A stretch of 64,000 bases of DNA, taken from contig DWWH01000006.1 in the NCBI GenBank assembly GCA_019119815.1, positions 130 to 64,129 of the forward strand, given 5' to 3'. Of the stretch, positions 8,839-18,759 are shown one piece after another. Each line of letters starts with the position of its first letter. Position 1 is the stretch's first letter. Origin of the DNA: Candidatus Eisenbergiella intestinipullorum (GTDB taxonomy: Bacteria > Bacillota > Clostridia > Lachnospirales > Lachnospiraceae). A program made the translations under genes and the position numbers. The notes beneath the pieces were generated by a model, which was not told the origin of the DNA, did not search any database, and worked only from the letters and a program-made list of their open reading frames with translations.

Positions 8839-10697
8839 TGCTGTTTCCACGCCTCCAGTATCCGTTTCGTCACCGTCTCTTCGTCGATGCCGATCTCCTT
8901 TTTCAGAAGCTCCACATTGCCGTGCTCCACATATTCATCCGGAATGGTGATGGAAAGGATCTTTCCGGGAAGCTCCTGTTCGTCCGCAAAGGTGCGCACC
9001 CGTTCTCCGAATCCCCCGCTTTCCACATTTTCCTCCATGGTTACGATCAGGCGGTGCTTTTCTGACAGATGCCGGATCATCTGCTCATCGATGGGCTTGA
9101 CAAAGCGGGCGTTCACCAGAGTGCAGGAAAGGCCGCACTCCTTCAGCCGCTCCCTGACGCCTTCCGCGGTCTTCACCATGCTTCCCACCGCCAGAAGTGC
9201 GATGCCTTCCTCTTCATAAAGCATCTCCGCCTTTCCGTATTCCACCGGGGCACGCATCTGAGCCAGGCCGTCATAGGCCTCTCCCCGAGGATAGCGGATG
9301 GCGATGGGTGCCGGGAAGGCTACGGCGAACTTGAGCATGTCCGACAGCTCCCACTTGTTCTTGGGCGCACAGATGTGCATGTTCGGAATGGAGGACAGGT
9401 AGGACAGATCAAAGATTCCCTGATGGGTCTCTCCGTCGCTTCCCACCAGTCCGGCCCGGTCAATGGCAAAGATCACGGGCAGATTCTGGATGCACACGTC
9501 ATGCAGGATCTGATCGTAAGCACGCTGCAGGAAGGAGGAATAGACCGCCACCACCGGCTTCAGGCCGCCGGCTGCAAGTCCCGCCGCAAAGGTCACCGCA
9601 TGCTGCTCCGCGATCCCCACGTCAAAGAAGCGGTCCGGATAGGCATGGCTGAAGCGCTTCAGGCCCGTTCCGTCCGGCATGGCCGCGGTGATGGCCACGA
9701 TCTTGTCGTTTCTCTGGCCCAGCTTCATCATGACAGTGGAGAAAATGTCCGTATAATTGGCCTTCATTTTCTTTTTCAGCGGCACGCCTGTCTGCACGTC
9801 GAAGGGCTCCGCCCCGTGAAAGCGGGCCGGATGCTTTTCCGCAGGCGGATAGCCCTTGCCTTTCTTGGTGAGCACATGGATGAGCACCGCGTTTTTTCTG
9901 CGCTTCGCCTCCCGGATCACCCGGACGAGAGCTCCCGTATCGTGTCCGTCCACCGGCCCCAGATAAGTGATCCCCATATCCTCGAACAGCATGCCGGGGA
10001 TCACCAGCTGCTTCAGGCTGTTCTTCGCCCTCCGGATGCCGGCTACTACCGGATCCCCGTACTTCGTGTTGCGGATGGCGTAGTAGATGCCGTCCTTCAC
10101 GTCCAGATAGGCGTTGGAGGTACGGATGTTGTTCAGATATTTGGAAACGCCGCCCACATTTTCTGAGATGGACATGTTATTATCGTTCAGGATGATGATG
10201 AAATTGGTTTCCAGCCTGGCCGCATTGTTTAACGCCTCATAGGCCATCCCGCCGGTCAGGGACCCGTCTCCGATCACGGAGACCACCGTATAGTCCTCTC
10301 CCTTCAGGTCCCTGGCCTTGACCAGGCCCAGTCCTGCGGAGATGGAGGTGGAGCTGTGTCCCGTATCAAAGCTGTCGCACGCGCTCTCCTTCCGTTTGGG
10401 GAAGCCGCTCATGCCGCCGTACTTCCGGAGCGATTCAAAGCCGTCCCGGCGTCCGGTCAGCAGCTTGTGCGTGTAGGACTGATGTCCCACATCCCAGATG
10501 ATCTTATCCTTCGGGAGCTCCAGCACCAGGTGGAGCGCCATGGTCAGCTCCACCGCTCCCAGATTGGACCCCAGATGTCCGCCCGTCACGCTGATCTTGT
10601 TCACCAGAAATTCCCGGATCTCCGCCGCCAGCGTCGGATAGTCCCTGGGGCTGATCTTCTTTATGTCGTTTGGCTGCTTTATCTGATCAAGAAGCAT
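8835..10697 (-). CDS. dxs: 1-deoxy-D-xylulose-5-phosphate synthase
   Basis: GGHLGSNLGAVELT, WDVGHQSY, GDGSLTGGMAYEALN (ThDP motif) and transketolase-like C-terminus. ATG 10697 is preceded by GGAGGA. Confidence 0.95.
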   Translation of the reverse strand: MLLDQIKQPNDIKKISPRDYPTLAAEIREFLVNKISVTGGHLGSNLGAVELTMALHLVLELPKDKIIWDVGHQSYTHKLLTGRRDGFESLRKYGGMSGFPKRKESACDSFDTGHSSTSISAGLGLVKARDLKGEDYTVVSVIGDGSLTGGMAYEALNNAARLETNFIIILNDNNMSISENVGGVSKYLNNIRTSNAYLDVKDGIYYAIRNTKYGDPVVAGIRRAKNSLKQLVIPGMLFEDMGITYLGPVDGHDTGALVRVIREAKRRKNAVLIHVLTKKGKGYPPAEKHPARFHGAEPFDVQTGVPLKKKMKANYTDIFSTVMMKLGQRNDKIVAITAAMPDGTGLKRFSHAYPDRFFDVGIAEQHAVTFAAGLAAGGLKPVVAVYSSFLQRAYDQILHDVCIQNLPVIFAIDRAGLVGSDGETHQGIFDLSYLSSIPNMHICAPKNKWELSDMLKFAVAFPAPIAIRYPRGEAYDGLAQMRAPVEYGKAEMLYEEEGIALLAVGSMVKTAEGVRERLKECGLSCTLVNARFVKPIDEQMIRHLSEKHRLIVTMEENVESGGFGERVRTFADEQELPGKILSITIPDEYVEHGNVELLKKEIGIDEETVTKRILEAWKQQ

Positions 10698-10758
10698 GGT
10701 TTCCTCCATTCCGAAGCGTACCGCGCCGGAAAACCGCATACGGTCCTGCCGCTTTTCA

Positions 10759-11667
10759 TCACTTTTTCCGTGTTATCAAATCCTCCACCAGGCATTCCAG
10801 GAAGGGGTTTCTCTGCTCAGAAAGGCTCATCAGCTCCTCAAGCGCCTCCTCCGAAAGCCTGCGCACCTCTTTTTCCGACCGTTCCATGCCGTTCAGGGAA
10901 ACATAGGTGACCTTGTGGTTTTTCAGATCGCTCCCCGTCTGCTTTCCCAGCTCCTGCAGACTGCTTGTCAGATCCAGAATATCGTCCCGGATCTGGAAGG
11001 CCAGACCGATCCTGCTGCCGATGCGCTCCAGCGCTGCGAGCTTTTCTTCCGCAGCCCCCGCGAGGACGGCTCCGATCATCATGGGGCTTTCGATCATGGC
11101 AGCCGTTTTGTTTTCATGAATATAAAGAAGCAGTTCCTGTGTCACCTGCTCCGGCGGGAAATCCTCTGCCTGCGTGTCCGCGCACTGTCCGCCGATCATG
11201 CCGCCGATCCCGGATTTGGCGGACAGGATCTGCATGGCGCGGGCCATGCGCTTTAACTGCGTCTCATCCTCCGCAAGCTGAAAAGCGGAGGCCGCCGTCT
11301 CAAAGGCCAGATTCAAAAGGGCGTCGCCTGCCAGCACCGCCATACCCTCTCCGTATACCGCATGGGTGGTCTTTCTCCCTCTGCGGTATTCGTCATTATC
11401 CATGCAGGGAAGATCATCGTGCACCAGGGAATACGTATGAATGAATTCGACAGCCGCCAGAAAAGGGGCCGCCAGCTCCTCCTTTCCTCCGAACAGGCGG
11501 CAGCATTCCAGAAGCAGCATGGGGCGCAGGCGCTTGCCTCCCGCCAGCACGCTGTAATTTGCCGCCTCAGCCACTGTTTTCGCATACCCCTCTTCCTTCG
11601 GCAGATACCGCCTCAGAATCTCTTCGATCTCCGTAACCTCCGTCGCAAGACGCTCCTCAAAATTCAT
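10759..11667 (-). CDS. ispA: Polyprenyl (farnesyl/geranylgeranyl) diphosphate synthase
   Basis: First and second Asp-rich motifs: LVHDDLPCMDNDEYRRG and FQIRDDILD. Synteny is xseB-ispA-dxs. Confidence 0.85.
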   Translation of the reverse strand: MNFEERLATEVTEIEEILRRYLPKEEGYAKTVAEAANYSVLAGGKRLRPMLLLECCRLFGGKEELAAPFLAAVEFIHTYSLVHDDLPCMDNDEYRRGRKTTHAVYGEGMAVLAGDALLNLAFETAASAFQLAEDETQLKRMARAMQILSAKSGIGGMIGGQCADTQAEDFPPEQVTQELLLYIHENKTAAMIESPMMIGAVLAGAAEEKLAALERIGSRIGLAFQIRDDILDLTSSLQELGKQTGSDLKNHKVTYVSLNGMERSEKEVRRLSEEALEELMSLSEQRNPFLECLVEDLITRKK

Positions 11668-11953
11668 CCAGTCCACCCTCCTCGTTCAATACCAGGACCT
11701 TTTTTTCCACCTGGTCGATCTTATCATTGCAGATCTTCAGAAGATCCATTCCTCTCTTATATGCACGGAAGGATTCCTCCAGCGAAATTCCTTCCTCCTC
11801 CAGTCTGCCGGTGATCTCATCCAGCATCTCAAACGCCTCTTCCAGGCTGATCTCCTCTTCAGCATTCTTCTGTCCGCCCGCTTCCCCGTTGACAGGCGTT
11901 CCGGAACAGTCTCCGTCAAAAGCTGCTTCCTGCGTTTTCTTTTTAGCCGGCAT
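11657..11953 (-). CDS. xseB: Exodeoxyribonuclease VII small subunit
   Basis: Core LEEAFEMLDEITGRLEEEGISLEESFRAYKRGMDLLKIC. Overlaps the xseA stop. The N-terminal extension is longer than usual. Confidence 0.85.
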   Translation of the reverse strand: MPAKKKTQEAAFDGDCSGTPVNGEAGGQKNAEEEISLEEAFEMLDEITGRLEEEGISLEESFRAYKRGMDLLKICNDKIDQVEKKVLVLNEEGGLDEF

Positions 11954-13184
11954 ATCCTTCTCCTTTATCCGTTTCCGAAAAGGGCTCCCAGGGTGAAGTC
12001 TCCTTCACCTCGGCCAGCGCCCTGCCGTTTTTCATATAAATGGCGAGCAGGTCTCCGGGTGCGATCCGCCCGATGTCGGAAACCGTTCTGCCCGCCTCGT
12101 CCTCCACATGAGAATAGCCACGGGCCAGTCTGTCCAGAGGAGACAGTCCCTTCATCCTTTCCACATAGAGGCGCAGGCGGTTTCTGTTCTGCTCCAGTCC
12201 GCGCTTCATCGCCGCCTGCAGCTCCTCCTCCATCCGGATGGCCTGCATCCGCTTTTCCCGGATCTGGTTGGACGGACTTAAATACTGAAGCCTTTGCGCC
12301 GCATGCCGCAGCCGCAGCGCATCCCGCTTCAGGACCGTCCGCAGTCTCCGGTTCAGCCCTTCCCGCTGCGTTTCCAGAAGCTTCAGAAGCTGCCTTACGT
12401 CATACACCGCAAGCTCTGCGGCCGCGGACGGCGTGGGCGCGCGCAGGTCGGACACGAAGTCAATGATGGTCGTATCCGTCTCATGCCCCACCGCGGATAT
12501 GACGGGAACCGTACAGTCAAATACAGCCTGAGCCACCGCCTCATCGTTAAAAGCCCACAGATCCTCCATGGAACCGCCGCCGCGTCCCACGATCATCACG
12601 TCCACATCCAGCCGTTCCAGCGCCCGGATCCCGTTCACGATGCTGGGCACCGCCTGTTCTCCCTGCACGATGGCCGGATAAAGGATGATCTGCACATAGG
12701 GATTCCTGCGATGTGTGATATTGATGATGTCCTGCACCGCTGCCCCTGTGGGCGCCGTCACCACCCCCAGCGTACGGATATAGCGTGGGATCGGCTGCTT
12801 ATATTCAGGCGCGAACAGACCGCGTTCCGCGAGCTCTCTTTTCAGCCGTTCAAATTTTTCATATAAATATCCCGCCCCGTCCGGAAAGATCTCCTTCGCG
12901 TAAAGCTGATATTTTCCATCCCTTTCATAGACCTCCACGCTCCCCAGAGCGACAACCTGCTGTCCTTCCTCGAGACGGAATCTGAGCCCCTTACGGTATC
13001 CGGAAAACATCACACAGGCGATGGCTCCCTTTTCATCCTTCAGCGTAAAATAAAGATGTCCGGAAGAGTGATATTTGCAGTTGCTCACCTCTCCCCTGAC
13101 ATAGATGCTGCGCAGCATGAAATCCTGGGAAAACATGTTACGGATATAGGAATTCACCTGTCCCACCGAGTAAACGTTCTTCAT
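11943..13184 (-). CDS. xseA: Exodeoxyribonuclease VII large subunit
   Basis: MKNVYSVGQVNSYI..VRGEVSN (OB fold), GVVTAPTGAAVQDI, RGGGSMEDLWAFNDE. Confidence 0.95.
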   Translation of the reverse strand: MKNVYSVGQVNSYIRNMFSQDFMLRSIYVRGEVSNCKYHSSGHLYFTLKDEKGAIACVMFSGYRKGLRFRLEEGQQVVALGSVEVYERDGKYQLYAKEIFPDGAGYLYEKFERLKRELAERGLFAPEYKQPIPRYIRTLGVVTAPTGAAVQDIINITHRRNPYVQIILYPAIVQGEQAVPSIVNGIRALERLDVDVMIVGRGGGSMEDLWAFNDEAVAQAVFDCTVPVISAVGHETDTTIIDFVSDLRAPTPSAAAELAVYDVRQLLKLLETQREGLNRRLRTVLKRDALRLRHAAQRLQYLSPSNQIREKRMQAIRMEEELQAAMKRGLEQNRNRLRLYVERMKGLSPLDRLARGYSHVEDEAGRTVSDIGRIAPGDLLAIYMKNGRALAEVKETSPWEPFSETDKGEGYAG

Positions 13185-13194
13185 TTACCTGTCC

Positions 13195-13593
13195 TTATAC
13201 GAACCGCGCCAGAACGCCGTTCACGAAGCCGGAGGATTCGTCCTGTCCGAACTTTTTCGCCAGCTCCACCGCTTCGTTGATCGCCACGCTGTCCGGGATC
13301 TTCTCATCAAACCGGATCTCATAGACCGCGAGCCGGATGATGGCAAGCTCCACCTTTCCCATCCGGTCGATGGTCCAGCCTTTCGCCGTACTGCTGATCA
13401 TCCCATCGATCTCGGGGAGCTTTTCCAGGATCCGGGAAAGCTTTTCCCGGATATACGCTTCATCCTCAGCGCCGGCCACATTTTCCTCATCCTCAAAGAA
13501 AAGCCGGCACTGCTCCGGCATCTCCTCGATCGTATTGAATTCCACGCGGAACAGCAGCTTGAAGATCTGTTCCCTCTGCTCTCTTCTGCCCAT
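13195..13593 (-). CDS. nusB: Transcription antitermination factor NusB
   Basis: 132 aa; RREQREQIFKLLF..., AIIRLAVYEI, INEAVELAKKFG. Confidence 0.9.
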   Translation of the reverse strand: MGRREQREQIFKLLFRVEFNTIEEMPEQCRLFFEDEENVAGAEDEAYIREKLSRILEKLPEIDGMISSTAKGWTIDRMGKVELAIIRLAVYEIRFDEKIPDSVAINEAVELAKKFGQDESSGFVNGVLARFV

Positions 13594-13720
13594 CTTTTCT
13601 CCTGTATCTTTCAGCGCCGCATCCTTCTCTTCCGCACAGGCCTGTTCCCTTTTTTTCGAAAGACACAGCGGTTCAGACTGCTGCTCTGAACCGCTGCAAC
13701 CTGCGGCGCTCTTTCTTTTT

Positions 13721-14110
13721 TTACTGTCTGCCCGGCTCCATGTTCACATTCACGATCCGGATGTTCACATCCGTAACGGTCAGCCCGGTCATATTCTCGA
13801 TCGCGTTCTTCACCTTCTCCTGTACCTTTGCGCTGGTTCCCGGAATGTTATAGCCGTATTCCAGACTCAGTGCCAGATCCACCTTCACATTGCTTCCGGT
13901 CACCTGCACCTTCACGCCTCTGGTCAGACTCTTGACGCCCACCTTGCTCATCAGCTCATTGGTCACCTTTCCGGCAAGGGAATAAACTCCTTCCACCTCC
14001 ATTGCGGCAAGGGAAGCGATCATGGCCACAACCTCGTCCGCGATCTGCACGGAGCCGATGCTGTCGTCTCCCTGTAATACATAGGTATTCCTGTTTGTAT
14101 CTTTTTCCAT
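13721..14110 (-). CDS. Asp23/Gls24 family envelope stress protein
   Basis: GSVQIADEVVAMIASLAAMEVEGV.. and ..VNIRIVNV are typical of Asp23. ATG 14110 is preceded by AAGGAGG. Confidence 0.85.
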   Translation of the reverse strand: MEKDTNRNTYVLQGDDSIGSVQIADEVVAMIASLAAMEVEGVYSLAGKVTNELMSKVGVKSLTRGVKVQVTGSNVKVDLALSLEYGYNIPGTSAKVQEKVKNAIENMTGLTVTDVNIRIVNVNMEPGRQ

Positions 14111-14239
14111 AAGGCAGCCTCCTTTATCACTATAACACTGATTATAACAAAATCCCTTCCCTTTGCAAAGCATTTTCTCCACCGGCAGGGACGGACCGGA
14201 GCCGGGTGCAGCCGTGCCTTCTTCCTGCCGTCCCGTCCC

Positions 14240-15538
14240 CTATAGGAAAAATGTCAGTGCAAGCCGCTCCTTCGCGGCCGCATAGGCGACCGTCTCCCGG
14301 GAAAGATACCGAAAGATTTCCCGGCTGACAAGCAGGCTCTCTTCCAGCTCCTCATAGACGGACTCATTCGCACACTTGAGCGTCACCGCCCGCCATCCCT
14401 CCTGCTGTGCTCTCTCAAAGGCAGCCGAAACCTGCGCCCTATCGGCCCGGGTGAAGTACAGCCCCTCACGCACATAATAATTGTCTGCCATGCTGCGGCA
14501 GTCCGGAAGAAGAAAGGTATCATCGGCCCTGTGGGTCCGGGAGATCTCCTCTGCGGTCACCAGAAAACAGTCATAGTCGATCTGCTCCATTCTGTCCTCC
14601 GCATGATCCTCCCCCGCCGGAGGGTCTTCTGTCCCGGCCCCTCCTTCTTCCGTATCCTTTTTCCGATAGCTCACATCTCCCCAAGCCGGGTCCGCATAAT
14701 ACCAGGCACCGCTGCAGCGCACCGCTGTCCAGGCGTGGGGAGAACCGTCCTCTGTCTTTCCCGTCACCAGGACCGCCGGGATCCCGGCTCTCTGGCACAG
14801 ATACTGGAAGGCCTTCGCATACCCCTGACAGACGGATCTTCCATACAGAAAAACGGAGCAGATCGTCTGGTTTTCCGGCGCCTGCAGATCGTATTCTGTC
14901 CCGAGGATCACCGCTTCATACAGCTCCTTCAGCTTCTCATAATCATCCATTTCCGGCGCAAGCCCGGAAAGCACGGCATCTGCCGCTTTCCGCACCCGCT
15001 CCATCCTCTCTTTTGCCTGCTGCCCGGAAAACGTATAGGACGGCTGAAAGGAGATGCTGCGTATCTCCTCTCCCGCCGTCCGGACGCTCAGGGTATAGCC
15101 GTCCACATAAAAAATTTCCGGATGATCTGCAAGCACACAGGAAAAGATCCGTTCCAGACGGTCCGCATCCTGTACGCGCACAGAAAGGACGGTCTCCTGT
15201 GAAAACCCGGTCACCGCATCCAGAAGCTCCTCATACAGCAGTCGGTCCTCTTCTCCCAGGGTGAAAAAAGCATAGCCCCCTTTCTCCGTCTCGGAAAGGA
15301 GGCTCTCCTCTGTCTCCGGGGATGCACAGACGGGCTGATCTTCTGCGTTTTCCGGCGATACGGAGGCTGCCCGAGCCTGTCCGGTCTCAGGCCCCACAGC
15401 GCTTCCCTGCGCAGCCTCCGGCCAGGCGCTCCTTTCGGGGAGGATGCGGCCAATCCCTCCGACTGCGGCGGCATAAACCGCCGCCGCAATTAAAGCGGCC
15501 AAAAGAATGGTTTTTCCCGTTTCTCCTGTCCCTTTCAC
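14240..15538 (-). CDS. Membrane-anchored transglutaminase-like cysteine protease domain protein
   Basis: TM segment TILLAALIAAAVYAAAV. Transglutaminase core GRSVCQGYAKAFQYLC..GSPHAWTAV..WYYADPAWGD (Cys-His-Asp). The ORF-track start 15637 overlaps prfC by 67 nt. GTG 15538 behind GGGAGGA is preferred but not proven. Confidence 0.75.
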   Translation of the reverse strand: MKGTGETGKTILLAALIAAAVYAAAVGGIGRILPERSAWPEAAQGSAVGPETGQARAASVSPENAEDQPVCASPETEESLLSETEKGGYAFFTLGEEDRLLYEELLDAVTGFSQETVLSVRVQDADRLERIFSCVLADHPEIFYVDGYTLSVRTAGEEIRSISFQPSYTFSGQQAKERMERVRKAADAVLSGLAPEMDDYEKLKELYEAVILGTEYDLQAPENQTICSVFLYGRSVCQGYAKAFQYLCQRAGIPAVLVTGKTEDGSPHAWTAVRCSGAWYYADPAWGDVSYRKKDTEEGGAGTEDPPAGEDHAEDRMEQIDYDCFLVTAEEISRTHRADDTFLLPDCRSMADNYYVREGLYFTRADRAQVSAAFERAQQEGWRAVTLKCANESVYEELEESLLVSREIFRYLSRETVAYAAAKERLALTFFL

Positions 15539-15570
15539 CCTGTCCTCCCATCCAAAGCTGCGGCCCTTCC

Positions 15571-17166
15571 TCAGTTCCTGCCAAATTCCGTCAGGATCAG
15601 GCCCTTGTTTCTGTCCACCGTCATGCCCACGCTCCACTCGTTGACGAACAGAAGCAGCGGGTTTCCTCTCATGTCCTTCACCTTCTTCATGTCGGAGGTT
15701 CCGGTCAGCTTATCCAGATCGAAATCTTCCTTGTTTTCAATCCAGCGGATGTGCTCATAGGGAAGCGGCTCCAGCCGGATTTCCACGTTGTATTCGTTGT
15801 TCAGGCGGTATTTGAGCACGTCGAACTGCAGGACACCCACCACGCCGACGATGATTTCCTCCAGACCCGTATTGTATTCCTGAAAGATCTGGATGGCGCC
15901 CTCCTGGGCGATCTGAGTGATTCCCTTGACGAACTGCTTTCTCTTCATGGTATCCACCTGGCGCACCCTGGCAAAATGCTCCGGCGCAAAGGTGGGGATG
16001 CCCTCATAGGCGAAATTTTCCTTCGGCATGCAGAGCGTGTCGCCGATGGAAAAGATGCCCGGATCGAACACGCCGATGATGTCTCCCGCATAGGCTTCGT
16101 CCAGAATCTTCCGTTCGCTCGCCATCAGCTGCTGAGGCTGGGAAAGGCGCATCACCTTACCGCCCTGCACATGCTTTACCTCCATGCTGGCGTCAAATTT
16201 GCCGGAGCAGATGCGCATGAAGGCGATGCGGTCCCGGTGGGCCCTGTTCATGTTGGCCTGAATCTTGAACACAAAGGCAGAAAAATCATGCTCCACCGGA
16301 TCGATGAGACCGCAGTCCGCTTTTCTGGGAAGAGGCGGCGTGGTCATGTCGAGGAAATGCTGCAGGAAAATCTCCACGCCGAAGTTGGTCAGGGCGGAGC
16401 CGAAAAATACGGGGGTCAGGTCGCCGCTTCTGACCAGGTCCAGATCAAATTCAGCACTGGCCCCGTCCAGCAGCTCCACCTCCTCCAGAAGCTTTTCCAT
16501 GGCCTCTTCTCCAATGAACTCCCGGAGCGTATCCGTATCGGAAAGCGGGATCTCCGTAGCATGGCCTTCCTTCGTTCCCTTTTCTGTATCGGAATAGGTG
16601 ATGACGCATCCCCTGTCCCTGTCATAGACGCCCTTAAACGCCTTTCCGGAGCCGATGGGCCAGTTCTTGGGGCAGGTGGCGATTCCAAGCTCCTTTTCGA
16701 TCTCATCCAGCAGATCAAAGGTGTCGTTGGCATCCCGGTCCATCTTGTTGATGAAGGTAAAAATCGGGATCTTGCGCATCACACAGACCTTGAACAGCTT
16801 TCTGGTCTGGGCCTCCACGCCCTTGGATGCGTCGATCACCATGACCGCAGAGTCCGCCGCCATCAGCGTCCGGTAGGTATCCTCGGAGAAATCCTGATGG
16901 CCCGGCGTATCCAGAATGTTGATGCAGTATCCGTCATATTCAAACTGGAGCACGGAGGATGTGACGGAAATTCCTCTCTCCTTTTCGATCTCCATCCAGT
17001 CGCTCACCGCATGGCGGGCGGTGGCCTTTCCCTTCACGCTTCCCGCCAGGTTGATCGCCCCGCCGTAAAGCAGAAACTTCTCGGTCAGCGTGGTTTTTCC
17101 TGCATCCGGGTGGGAAATGATGGCAAAGGTTCTTCTTCTGTTGATTTCAGTTTTTATATCGCTCAA
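15571..17166 (-). CDS. prfC: Peptide chain release factor 3
   Basis: RRTFAIISHPDAGKTTLTEK, DTPGHQDF, NKMDR GTPase motifs; ~531 aa. TTG 17166 behind GAGAGGAAAG fits the family N-terminus. Confidence 0.95.
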   Translation of the reverse strand: MSDIKTEINRRRTFAIISHPDAGKTTLTEKFLLYGGAINLAGSVKGKATARHAVSDWMEIEKERGISVTSSVLQFEYDGYCINILDTPGHQDFSEDTYRTLMAADSAVMVIDASKGVEAQTRKLFKVCVMRKIPIFTFINKMDRDANDTFDLLDEIEKELGIATCPKNWPIGSGKAFKGVYDRDRGCVITYSDTEKGTKEGHATEIPLSDTDTLREFIGEEAMEKLLEEVELLDGASAEFDLDLVRSGDLTPVFFGSALTNFGVEIFLQHFLDMTTPPLPRKADCGLIDPVEHDFSAFVFKIQANMNRAHRDRIAFMRICSGKFDASMEVKHVQGGKVMRLSQPQQLMASERKILDEAYAGDIIGVFDPGIFSIGDTLCMPKENFAYEGIPTFAPEHFARVRQVDTMKRKQFVKGITQIAQEGAIQIFQEYNTGLEEIIVGVVGVLQFDVLKYRLNNEYNVEIRLEPLPYEHIRWIENKEDFDLDKLTGTSDMKKVKDMRGNPLLLFVNEWSVGMTVDRNKGLILTEFGRN

Positions 17167-17295
17167 TGTTCTTCTTTCCTCTCGCCGTTTGTAAACAGCT
17201 CTCTTCAGATTAACAGGCAGCAGAAAACACAGGGGCACGCCTTTGGGGCCAGCCGCCGGAGGCAGACTTCCCTTTTTGGCCTCCCGTATCCTCCG

Positions 17296-18477
17296 CTACG
17301 TCGGACTCAGCATGGACAGCATGGAGGTTCCGGCAAATTCCGGCCGGATTCCGAAATAGTCCAGCACCGTGGCTCCAATGTCCGCAAAGGTCTCTCTGGT
17401 CCCCAGATTGACCGGTTCAATGTTCTTTCCGTAAATGACAAGCGGCGTGTACTCCCTGGAATGGTCGGTGGATACGGTGTACCCCGGATCGCAGCCGTGG
17501 TCTGCCGTGATCATGAGCACATCATCGGGGCACATGTCCGCAAGAAACTGCGGCAGCCATTCATCAAAGGCGGTCAGCGCCTTCGCGTAGCCGTCAATAT
17601 CGTTTCTGTGACCGTAAAGCATGTCATAGTCCACCAGATTGATGAAGCAGAGCCCTTCAAAGTCTCTGCTCTGATACTCCAGAGCTCTTTGCATCCCTTC
17701 CGCATTTCCCGCGGTATAGACGTGCTCCGTGATTCCCTTTCCGGCGAAGATGTCAAAGATTTTACCCACGGCAATCACATCATATCCCTTCGCCTTCAGC
17801 TGATCCAGCATGTTTATGGAAGGGGGCTCGATGGAAAAGTCATGGCGGCGGGGCGTTCTCACATAATGACCGCTCTCCCCTTCAAAAGGACGGGCGATCA
17901 CCCGGCCCACGCCGTGCTCCCCGGTGAGAATTTCCCTGGCGATCCGGCAGTATTCATACAGGGTCTCCGGCGGCACGATTTTTTCATGGGCCGCGATCTG
18001 GAACACGCTGTCCGCCGAGGTATAGACGATGAGCTTTCCCGTTTTCACATGCTCGTCGCCATAATCCTTTATGACCTCTGTTCCGGAATAGGGGCGGTTG
18101 CAGAGAACGCCTCTTCCGGTGCGGCGGGTGAATTCATCCAGAACCTCCTTCGGAAAGCCCTCCGGATAGGTGGGCAGAGGACGGCCGGAGTAGATGCCGG
18201 AAATCTCCCAGTGGCCGATGGTGGTATCCTTCCCTTTGGAGGCCTCACGCATGCGGGCCACCGCCGCGCGGGGAGAAGGAACCGAACGGTGCCAGTCGAT
18301 GCCATCAATGTTGAACAGGCCGAGAGATTCCATGTTCGGCATATGAAAATATGGGCTTGCTGCCGCGCTTTTTAAGGTGTTTGTTCCCTCGTCGCCGTAT
18401 TCGGCCGCGTCCGGCTCCGCGCCGATGCCGACGCTGTCGAGGACGATGAGAAAGACTCTCTTTTTATTTGAATTCAT
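17296..18477 (-). CDS. deoB: Phosphopentomutase
   Basis: MNSNKKRVFLIVLDSVGIG..., GHWEI.G, ADHGCDP metal-site motifs. Confidence 0.95.
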   Translation of the reverse strand: MNSNKKRVFLIVLDSVGIGAEPDAAEYGDEGTNTLKSAAASPYFHMPNMESLGLFNIDGIDWHRSVPSPRAAVARMREASKGKDTTIGHWEISGIYSGRPLPTYPEGFPKEVLDEFTRRTGRGVLCNRPYSGTEVIKDYGDEHVKTGKLIVYTSADSVFQIAAHEKIVPPETLYEYCRIAREILTGEHGVGRVIARPFEGESGHYVRTPRRHDFSIEPPSINMLDQLKAKGYDVIAVGKIFDIFAGKGITEHVYTAGNAEGMQRALEYQSRDFEGLCFINLVDYDMLYGHRNDIDGYAKALTAFDEWLPQFLADMCPDDVLMITADHGCDPGYTVSTDHSREYTPLVIYGKNIEPVNLGTRETFADIGATVLDYFGIRPEFAGTSMLSMLSPT

Positions 18478-18673
18478 TGTCTATGCGCTCCTTTTTTCAA
18501 ATGGCAGGCGGACGGCGGGCAGGATATACGCTTTTCCGGCCCTGTCCCGCGGGGACGGGCGCAGTACGGCATCCCTCTTCTTTTTTCATACCGCTCATTA
18601 CCTGCGTGGACAGTATACCAGTAATTTTTTGATTTGTATAGTCCAAAGGCCGGCTCTTTTCACCCTCTTTTCG

Positions 18674-18719
18674 AAAAAAAGCAGCATATCCATACCGTTT
18701 TTGGCAGACATGGATATGC
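18674..18719 (-). terminator. Rho-independent terminator after the Rpn-family gene
   Basis: Minus strand: GCATATCCAT-16 nt-ATGGATATGC followed by TGCTTTTTTT, about 40 nt after the stop at 18760. Confidence 0.65.
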
Positions 18720-18759
18720 CGCTTTTATCATTTGCTGATGTTCTTTTTCAGGGAATGGA

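Noticed and set aside
15322-18375. Very long plus-strand ORFs (1017 aa here; also 37884-39641, 43377-45158, 54092-55363, 56864-58261 and 62186-63733) lying antisense to prfC/deoB, infB, the ABC transporter, polC, ftsZ and murD
   Set aside because: Their translations are Arg/Gly/His/Pro-rich with no recognisable motifs, while the opposite strand encodes unambiguous conserved proteins over the same span. These are typical stop-poor shadow frames of high-GC coding DNA.
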